This document shows, in pieces, positions 54,294 to 61,301 of a stretch of 64,000 bases of DNA. Made by a program: the position numbers and the translations under genes. Position 1 is the stretch's first letter; each line of letters begins with the position of its first letter. A model generated the notes under the pieces. It was not told the DNA's origin. It saw only the letters and a list, made by a program, of their open reading frames with translations, and did not search any database. This DNA comes from Clostridiales bacterium (lineage in GTDB: Bacteria > Bacillota > Clostridia > Christensenellales > DTU072), in contig DUON01000015.1 of assembly GCA_012838805.1 (NCBI GenBank), positions 872 to 64,871 on the forward strand. Reading direction: 5' to 3'.

Positions 54294-57200
54294 TGGCTAT
54301 CCTCTTCTTGTTCTAAAAGCTCTTCTTCAAGTTTTTCTACCCACTTTATAAAATCGGTTAGGGTATATCTCTTGTCGCCCGTAATGTCGCCGTAAAGCGC
54401 CGAATACTCAAGCCCCGCCAGCAAATGGTCCGCCAGAATAGGTATATCGTTTATGTCAAACACCCCGTTGCCGTTAGCGTCGCCTTTAAGGTATACGCTA
54501 AAAGTCTCCAGAACAGTATTTTCATAATTGACCACTTGCACCTTTATAGCCGAAGACAAATACCTCTCTTGATTGAGCTCGTAGTCAATGTACTCTTCAT
54601 CGGATAAAAATCTTATATCCGCATAGGTCTCTACCATATTCTTGAACTGTGACAAGGTGGCGCTCTCTTCTAAGATTATCCTTGCGTTAAGGCGGTCTAT
54701 TCTTATTGTATCAGCATCTCCTTTTGCAATCAAGATATTGCTGTCAGCTTTTTCAGCAAAATAAATCTTAAAACTTGCGGACACCCTGAACTGCGATAAG
54801 GACAGAAGTATAATCTGCGATCCATTTTTTGTGGGCGTGGAATTAAATCCCCTTAAGTCATTTGCATACTCCGACAAGGCGACGATGGTTCTTTCTCCCG
54901 TTTGGGTTATTATTGTTACCCTGCCTCCGTCCAAATCCAGCTTTTCACCATATTGATAGTGTGTCTTATTGGGCGGTTTTATGCTTATTTCTCGTGGGGC
55001 GTCAATGACCTTGACAAGGAACTGCGTAGTGTATATTCCCCTATAAGTTATATACACGGGCTGTTCTCCGGGGACGGTGTTGTTGAAGTTGGTCTGGAAT
55101 CCTTCAGTGATATAATCCCTGTCCCCGTTTATATAAATAATGACCACCGTCAAGTCAAGCTCTTCTCCCACCGTATACACGCTTTTTGAGAATTCGCTGT
55201 CCACATGAATACGCCAGATACGGTTTCTTACCTCAAAATAGTATTGCCAATAATCGCCAGTGACCTTATAGGTTATCGTAACCAATTGAACGCCTATTAC
55301 GGTATTGTCAAAGCCCTCCACCGTGAACTCTTCATAGTTAAAGTAAATGGGATCGGTCAATTCGTCGCTTAAAAACCTGAGTCTTATGCTAAAAGAGCTT
55401 AAATCCAAAGGCTCGTTGACTTCATAAAATATCTTGGGGGAAGAAAAGACAAATATCTCTTTTATGTCGTCCAAAACCTCAACCCAAATATTACAAGACA
55501 ATTCTTTATAGCGTATTTGGACAAGCTGAAGCCCTTCTTGCTTATTGTTAAAGTCCACGAAGAACCAGTCTTGAACTATGCTTTCCACTCCGCTTGCCAT
55601 AACGGCATATACTGTTATATCGGGGTCTTGACCATAAAGCGCCGTCACATTCTGGATATGGGTATAAATCTCCAATTCATAATCATAGAATGAAACATCT
55701 TTAATTGCGGTAAAGCCCATCAGCGTGAACGATGCAGTTTGAGGGTTCAAAGAGGTATTGTCAATGCCCAGCATGACATCGTCTATTTCAATGTTATAAT
55801 CCATATTGTTCATTCTTATTTTTATTTTCAAATCGGTTTGGCTTGCGTACGGAAAAGTACTTCCCCCCACAATCTCCAAAGACTGTATTTGGCTTATTCC
55901 AAAAATAGGCAGGTCCGAAACGGTGTAGATAGAATAATAATCAACATAGTTGCTATGATTGACTTTTATATCCATATTTATAGTGTCCTCTCCTTCGGAT
56001 ATCTCATCCACTCCCTTATTAAAGCTCAATATCATATTCTCAAAGAATTGGTTTTGTCCGTCAAAGCCCACCTCTATAACCGCTCCGCCCGTAAAAGTCA
56101 CCCTTACGGATATGCTCCTATCCGGCGACTTGTTAATATCCACAACCGCCCTGTCCTCCAAAGTCATAGATGTTATCTCCACCTCCTCGACTTCGTCAAG
56201 AACATTCACAGTGACTTGACCTTCATATACATTGTCAAAATCAGGGTTATAGTACCTTATCCTTATGTTTTGGATACCCAATTTATATTTATTGTAGTCC
56301 AGTATCGTGACCCTTGAATCTATACCCGGCTGATAGTTCTCGTCAATATCCACGATATCTTGCCTTATTTGACTACCTGATTTCATATTTACCTTAAGGT
56401 GTCCGTTGCCGAAGATTTCTTCGCCGTATTTGAAGTTTACTTTGTCAAGTACGACCTCTATATTTGTGACTGCGTCCAAAACATCTATGACATATGTGAC
56501 AAAATGCTCCTTGACGAAACCTGCCTCATCCGCTATGGGGTCGGTATATTTTAGCGTCACAATCGTGGAGCCTAAAAGATGAGTATTATAAATAACTTCC
56601 AAATGACCTTCGGCAAAAAGCTGAGACAATGGAAAGGAGCTCTGCCCGTCAAAACCTCGCGTGATTTTCAAATATCCATATCTTAAATCAATCTCATCGC
56701 CGTACTCATAAATTCTTTTTATCTCAGAAAGATTCATAAGCTCACAGCTTATCGCCATATCAAATACGCTTATTGGGAATTTTACTGTATTGCTGACTCC
56801 GTCAACGGCTATTTCCACTTGTCTCTCCCCCAATTGGCTGGTAGCCGTATAATAGTTGACCACCATTTCGGGAACAATATCAGTTTCAAAACTCTCGCCG
56901 CCGACCAAATAAATTCTTACTCTGCCCCCTGACAAGTCAAGCTTTTCTTGATATGTATATACGCTTTTCCTGGGATTTGCCGACAATGTAATATTAGAGG
57001 CCGTCTCATACGCATAAACATTTACGGTATCAAGTATTCTTTGTTGCTGGGTTTGAGAGTCGAATACTCTTATTTGTATTTGCACAGGCTGTGATGCGGC
57101 CGCAACGCCAGTGACAAAACCGTTTTCGTCCACTCGAACACATTCGGGATTTGAAGAAGAATAAGTTATATTCTTTCTGTCGGTGGCGTTATATGGAGAA

Positions 57201-60200
57201 ATCCTTAAATCCAATCTTAGCGTCTGACCTACCTTTACGCCATAAGTATCTTGGGGAGCTTGTGCATTGATTAATTCAATAAAAGGAAGCGGGTTGACAG
57301 AAGGGAGGTTGAGCCTTGCGTCATTGTTTCTTCCCGCTCCGATTATCTTGCCGTCTTTTGTTATGGCTATGGTATGCTGTCCGCCTGCAGCAATCATGCC
57401 TACATTCTCAAATTCTTCCACATCCGTTTGCCCAAAAGAATTGTTGCCGATTGCAAAAGCTTTGCCTTTTGAATTTATGGCGACTATATGTTCGTCACTT
57501 GCGGCAATGTCCACTATGTCATACCATTGAGAAATAACACTCATATCGCTGACATATGCGCATTGTCCCGCATAATGGACTCTACCCGAATCGTCAAGCC
57601 CAAGCGTAAAACCCTCTTTCGCAACTATCTTGACTATATGGCGCCAGTCTTGCACATTGCACTGACCTCTATCATTGAGTCCCTTGGCGTCCAACAGACC
57701 ATTTTTGTATATGGCGACCGTATGGGTACGGCTTGTCGCCACTTGGTAGACACCGCTTTGGGAATTGAAGAAACCTGTCTGATTGTATTGGTTGTCCCCT
57801 ACAGCAACAGTCCCACCGTCGTACTTTATGCCCACTATTGTTCTTCCGCTGGTTGCGACATAAGCGATATCTGTCCAATTTATGGCGTTGGAGTCTGCCA
57901 TACTGCCCGCCACCAGCACTTCGCCGTCGGGCGTCACTCCTACCGTTGTGTCGCCGCCCGCCGCTATGTATACGATATTTCCCCAAAGCTCCACACCTGT
58001 TTGTCCCTCAAAATTGTCACCCATGGCATAAACCGTACCTTTGTTATTTAGTATCACGCTATGGTTGTTGCCCGCCGCTATCATGGAATTAGTGTTTATA
58101 TGTTGAATGACTTCCACTACCATTATCACTTCCAAGTCAGACCCTCTATGCTTTGCGGTGATTGTTGCGATTCCTTCATTGTGAGCGGTCATAAACCCAT
58201 CTGGGGTTACGCTGACAACTATTTCGTTGTTGGAGGAATAGCTTATTTTCCTATATGAGGCGTTTGCGGGGAATACCCCCACTTCCAATTGGTATGTATC
58301 GTCTTCTTTAAGCACTCTTCTTGTGAAAGGCGCGATTAAGGAAGAGACCTCTACATAATTATCTTGATAATAGATTATGTTATCTTGGATATTATTGGTT
58401 TGGTTTTGGTTGTCACCAGCATATAGCAACTTGCCGTCCTCTCTTAAAGCCACGCTATGGCGTTCTCCCGCCGCTATGTCGATAATATCGAAAAACAAGG
58501 CGGTATTCAATTGTCCAAAGGCGTTGTTTCCGACCGCAAGCACTCTGCCCGATTTGGTTAAGCCAAGAAGGTGCTTTGTCCCAGCATAAATTTTTGTTAT
58601 GTCCTCCCAACCCTCCGTCTGTGCTTTATCATTGAGCTCTCCAGTGACTACCACCTTTCCATCCCTTGTCAGTCCGGCGGTGAACTGGTCTCCGCAGGTT
58701 ATTTGAATAATATTTCTCCATGAGCTGAACCCGTCCTGATTCAGATTTTCTCCCGCAATATCCACCGTACCGTCTTTTTTCAAAGCGGCTATATGCTCTT
58801 TGCCTACGGCGATATCCACTATATTGGTCCAACCGCTTACCTTATCCAAATCCATCCTGCCCGCAGACACTACTTGACCGTTAAGGGTAAGTCCGAAAGA
58901 CACTCTGTCCCCAGCGGCTACTTTAATTATATTTTCCCAAGAGTTGATATTGTTTTCGCCGGATTGGAAATTCCCGGCAGCAGCGACCTTAAGGTTGCTT
59001 TTTATATATAGGATATGCTGCACTCCCGCACTTGCGGACAATACATCTTGCAAGACAAGACCGTTAAGTTCTGAAATGTTGGAGCTCACAAACGCCTTTC
59101 CGTCATCTCTAACCGCTATGGTAGCATTGATAGAAGCTTCTACGCTGGTGGTATAATTTATGTTTGTCATCTCAATGGACTGCCAGGTGGTCTGGGAATT
59201 GTCAATGCTATATTTTCCTAAATAGATATAGTCATTGTCGCTATCCACGGCGTACAATTCCATATCGCAAGGTTCTTCAAAGCTCTGCCACGCGCTTTCA
59301 TAGAATACGCTTGACAAAAAGCCGCTGCCCTTATGGTTTATCACAAACCTCACATCAAAAGATCTGAATCCGTTGTTATAGGATTGAACAAACTTGGCTC
59401 TATCAAGCCTTATTGAAGCGATTTGATGGTTGTTGTCGGATTTAAGCTTAATTATTAAATCGTTAAGGAAAGAGATATTGAAGTCTTGAATAACTTCAAG
59501 CTTGGCATACACACCGCTAAATACCTGGTCATTATTTAACTTGACATTATTCAAGGAGAGTTTATCCTTAAAATAATCATCATGTATATTGTTATCGCCG
59601 GATAGCCTAACCTCAAAAGTAATCTGCTGGTCGTTTATGGCAAGTGCTGTTATTATTACGCCGCTATTTTGTCCATTGGTATAGAAAAGCGTAGTGTCGT
59701 CATAACTTGAAGACGGCTTTTGTTCAAGGCTTACCCCCACCGAAGAGAAATCGGGATTTTGGGGCGATAAATAAGCCTTATTAAGGTTTGCCCGCGACCT
59801 TACCGAGTCCGAACCTACAGTCACGGCATTGGGTCTGAAAATATACACTTCATCAGGGTTGGATGCCCTATTCTTAAGAGCTTCCGAATTGCCATATACG
59901 CCTTGCTTGACTCTGTATACTATCAATCCCGAACCCGGGAGCGTGGAATCGTAAGATGTAACATTGTTGTTCCGATATTCCACCATAAAATATTCGTCGG
60001 GTCTTTGAGTGTTGATGCGATACGCCAAAACCTGATTTTTTGAAGTTGTGGTCACAGGCGACAGTCTATATATGCCATTAAATTCAATGGTTTCTATTTG
60101 ATTTTCGCCCAAAACATTGAGATACTTATGCCTCAAATGCGTAATCATAAACTGCGGGATGTCCCCCTCCCAATGCATAAGGTCCCAATCTCCGACAGAT

Positions 60201-61243
60201 GCCCAATTGTCTTCATAATGGTATAAGTCGGGAACTCCCAGAACATGTGCAAATTCATGCGCCAAAAGACCAACCGTCAGCTGTTCAAGGAAATTAAATG
60301 AATACTTTTTGACCTTTTTGTTCCCTATTGTGGCGGGCGCACCGTTGGAGATCTCGTCCAAATCCCATGAATGTGGCCAAAGCATGCCCCCCCATTCGCT
60401 GTAAGGGGAGCCGGAAATAAGGAAGTTCACCGCGTCCACATATCCGTCTTCAGTAATGTCTATATCCAGACCCTCAAAGTCGAAGTATTCCCTTGCCGCG
60501 CGGACAGCGTTGTTCAAAAGCGTCCTTTCTCTGACCAATCTGCTTGAAGAATTTCTTTTCAATTGATAATAGCTTCTGGGCTGGGAATCTTGATAAACAA
60601 AAATCTCCCCGTTCTTAATTGGATAGATATTATGTACAAGTATCTCGCCGTAAGATAATTGCTGATAATAGTCCGTCAAAGAATTTGTCGGTCCTGACAT
60701 AACGGAGTCGATATAGTTTTTGTTTATGTTGATATTTTCGCCCGCAAAGCTGATGAATATCACGAAATTTACTATTGGTTTGGATGAAGAGGCACTTTGA
60801 TAAAGGGTGGAAGCACTGTTTTCGGGATAGCTTGTGATGAGGTCGGGATTTTTGGCAAAGTCAATATCCGACACGGTCATTTTCTGCAATGCCAAGATTT
60901 TTTGACGGTGGTCTTTATATCTTATCGGCGTGGGGGTGGGTCTTCCGTTCCTGTTTGTGGCATAGACCAAATAACCGTTGTCTCTTAACAGTATGTAACC
61001 GTTCTCATCATGTAAGTAGTTAAAGTATTGATCCCCCGTAGCGTAAAAATGCGCCACAGAGCCGTCCGCCTCGACCATGGTTTGCTTAAAGGTGTTTTTG
61101 CCCACGATTTCGGTAGGTCTTGGCTGGGCGTCATAGCCTTGGCTTGCAACAAAAGCAAGAGCTATCAATATAATTAAGGACATTACTACCAGTATGGCTC
61201 TTTTTCTTTTGACTTTCACGCTTCCTCCTTTATTAGTCCCCAT
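54290..61243 (-). CDS. Giant secreted multidomain protein: M6 (InhA-like) metalloprotease, two RCC1-like propeller blocks, Big_2-like domains, about nine Ig-like modules and a C-terminal dockerin
   Basis: 2317 aa with signal peptide KRKRAILVVMSLIILIALAFVASQ. Zinc site LLAHEFAHVLGVPDLYH in an InhA-like context. About 37-aa W..I..IAAG..H..AL..DG.V.A.G.N..GQ repeats. YSSNNEIVVSVTPDGFMTAHNEGIATITA is Big_2-like. Repeated Y..GE.LDL.GG.V modules each end in V.V.D. It terminates in GDANGNGVFDINDIPILADHLL...GDITGDKRYTLTDFIKWV. Confidence 0.9.
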   Translation of the reverse strand: MGTNKGGSVKVKRKRAILVVMSLIILIALAFVASQGYDAQPRPTEIVGKNTFKQTMVEADGSVAHFYATGDQYFNYLHDENGYILLRDNGYLVYATNRNGRPTPTPIRYKDHRQKILALQKMTVSDIDFAKNPDLITSYPENSASTLYQSASSSKPIVNFVIFISFAGENININKNYIDSVMSGPTNSLTDYYQQLSYGEILVHNIYPIKNGEIFVYQDSQPRSYYQLKRNSSSRLVRERTLLNNAVRAAREYFDFEGLDIDITEDGYVDAVNFLISGSPYSEWGGMLWPHSWDLDEISNGAPATIGNKKVKKYSFNFLEQLTVGLLAHEFAHVLGVPDLYHYEDNWASVGDWDLMHWEGDIPQFMITHLRHKYLNVLGENQIETIEFNGIYRLSPVTTTSKNQVLAYRINTQRPDEYFMVEYRNNNVTSYDSTLPGSGLIVYRVKQGVYGNSEALKNRASNPDEVYIFRPNAVTVGSDSVRSRANLNKAYLSPQNPDFSSVGVSLEQKPSSSYDDTTLFYTNGQNSGVIITALAINDQQITFEVRLSGDNNIHDDYFKDKLSLNNVKLNNDQVFSGVYAKLEVIQDFNISFLNDLIIKLKSDNNHQIASIRLDRAKFVQSYNNGFRSFDVRFVINHKGSGFLSSVFYESAWQSFEEPCDMELYAVDSDNDYIYLGKYSIDNSQTTWQSIEMTNINYTTSVEASINATIAVRDDGKAFVSSNISELNGLVLQDVLSASAGVQHILYIKSNLKVAAAGNFQSGENNINSWENIIKVAAGDRVSFGLTLNGQVVSAGRMDLDKVSGWTNIVDIAVGKEHIAALKKDGTVDIAGENLNQDGFSSWRNIIQITCGDQFTAGLTRDGKVVVTGELNDKAQTEGWEDITKIYAGTKHLLGLTKSGRVLAVGNNAFGQLNTALFFDIIDIAAGERHSVALREDGKLLYAGDNQNQTNNIQDNIIYYQDNYVEVSSLIAPFTRRVLKEDDTYQLEVGVFPANASYRKISYSSNNEIVVSVTPDGFMTAHNEGIATITAKHRGSDLEVIMVVEVIQHINTNSMIAAGNNHSVILNNKGTVYAMGDNFEGQTGVELWGNIVYIAAGGDTTVGVTPDGEVLVAGSMADSNAINWTDIAYVATSGRTIVGIKYDGGTVAVGDNQYNQTGFFNSQSGVYQVATSRTHTVAIYKNGLLDAKGLNDRGQCNVQDWRHIVKIVAKEGFTLGLDDSGRVHYAGQCAYVSDMSVISQWYDIVDIAASDEHIVAINSKGKAFAIGNNSFGQTDVEEFENVGMIAAGGQHTIAITKDGKIIGAGRNNDARLNLPSVNPLPFIELINAQAPQDTYGVKVGQTLRLDLRISPYNATDRKNITYSSSNPECVRVDENGFVTGVAAASQPVQIQIRVFDSQTQQQRILDTVNVYAYETASNITLSANPRKSVYTYQEKLDLSGGRVRIYLVGGESFETDIVPEMVVNYYTATSQLGERQVEIAVDGVSNTVKFPISVFDMAISCELMNLSEIKRIYEYGDEIDLRYGYLKITRGFDGQSSFPLSQLFAEGHLEVIYNTHLLGSTIVTLKYTDPIADEAGFVKEHFVTYVIDVLDAVTNIEVVLDKVNFKYGEEIFGNGHLKVNMKSGSQIRQDIVDIDENYQPGIDSRVTILDYNKYKLGIQNIRIRYYNPDFDNVYEGQVTVNVLDEVEEVEITSMTLEDRAVVDINKSPDRSISVRVTFTGGAVIEVGFDGQNQFFENMILSFNKGVDEISEGEDTINMDIKVNHSNYVDYYSIYTVSDLPIFGISQIQSLEIVGGSTFPYASQTDLKIKIRMNNMDYNIEIDDVMLGIDNTSLNPQTASFTLMGFTAIKDVSFYDYELEIYTHIQNVTALYGQDPDITVYAVMASGVESIVQDWFFVDFNNKQEGLQLVQIRYKELSCNIWVEVLDDIKEIFVFSSPKIFYEVNEPLDLSSFSIRLRFLSDELTDPIYFNYEEFTVEGFDNTVIGVQLVTITYKVTGDYWQYYFEVRNRIWRIHVDSEFSKSVYTVGEELDLTVVIIYINGDRDYITEGFQTNFNNTVPGEQPVYITYRGIYTTQFLVKVIDAPREISIKPPNKTHYQYGEKLDLDGGRVTIITQTGERTIVALSEYANDLRGFNSTPTKNGSQIILLSLSQFRVSASFKIYFAEKADSNILIAKGDADTIRIDRLNARIILEESATLSQFKNMVETYADIRFLSDEEYIDYELNQERYLSSAIKVQVVNYENTVLETFSVYLKGDANGNGVFDINDIPILADHLLAGLEYSALYGDITGDKRYTLTDFIKWVEKLEEELLEQEEDSQ
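54329..54484 (-). other. Dockerin-like duplicated Ca-binding segment at the C-terminus of the giant protein
   Basis: Two EF-hand-like loops, DANGNGVFDIND and DITGDKRYTLTD, are each followed by a helix. Asp/Asn occupy loop positions 1, 3, 5 and 12. Confidence 0.7.
54758..57031 (-). repeat. Array of about nine 75-95-aa Ig-like (Big_3-like) modules
   Basis: Each module starts near Y.(Y/V)GE.LDL and ends in a V.V(L/I)D-like strand, for example KSVYTYQEKLDLSGGRVRIY...ISVFD, KSVYTVGEELDLTVVIIY...VKVID and KTHYQYGEKLDLDGGRVTII. Module number and borders were estimated by eye. Confidence 0.6.
57314..59146 (-). repeat. Two blocks of RCC1-like ~37-aa repeats (residues ~700-945 and ~1050-1310) separated by a Big_2-like domain
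   Basis: Successive units include NIIKVAAGDRVSFGLTLNGQVVSAGR, NIVDIAVGKEHIAALKKDGTVDIAGEN, DIIDIAAGERHSVALREDGKLLYAGDN and VGMIAAGGQHTIAITKDGKIIGAGRN. Confidence 0.75.
60245..60259 (-). other. HEFAH zinc-binding motif of the M6-like protease domain
   Basis: catgaatttgcacat on the minus strand, residues 329-333. Confidence 0.85.
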
Positions 61244-61301
61244 GACAGTATCTCAATAATACTATCCTTTAAAATGCTTTATCCAGTCTTAACTTCGTCT
61301 T

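Noticed and set aside
53556-61243. Cellulosome component
   Set aside because: A dockerin is present, but the cargo is a protease/propeller/Ig protein, and there is no scaffoldin, CBM or cellulase in the locus. The adjacent GH20 has no signal peptide or dockerin.
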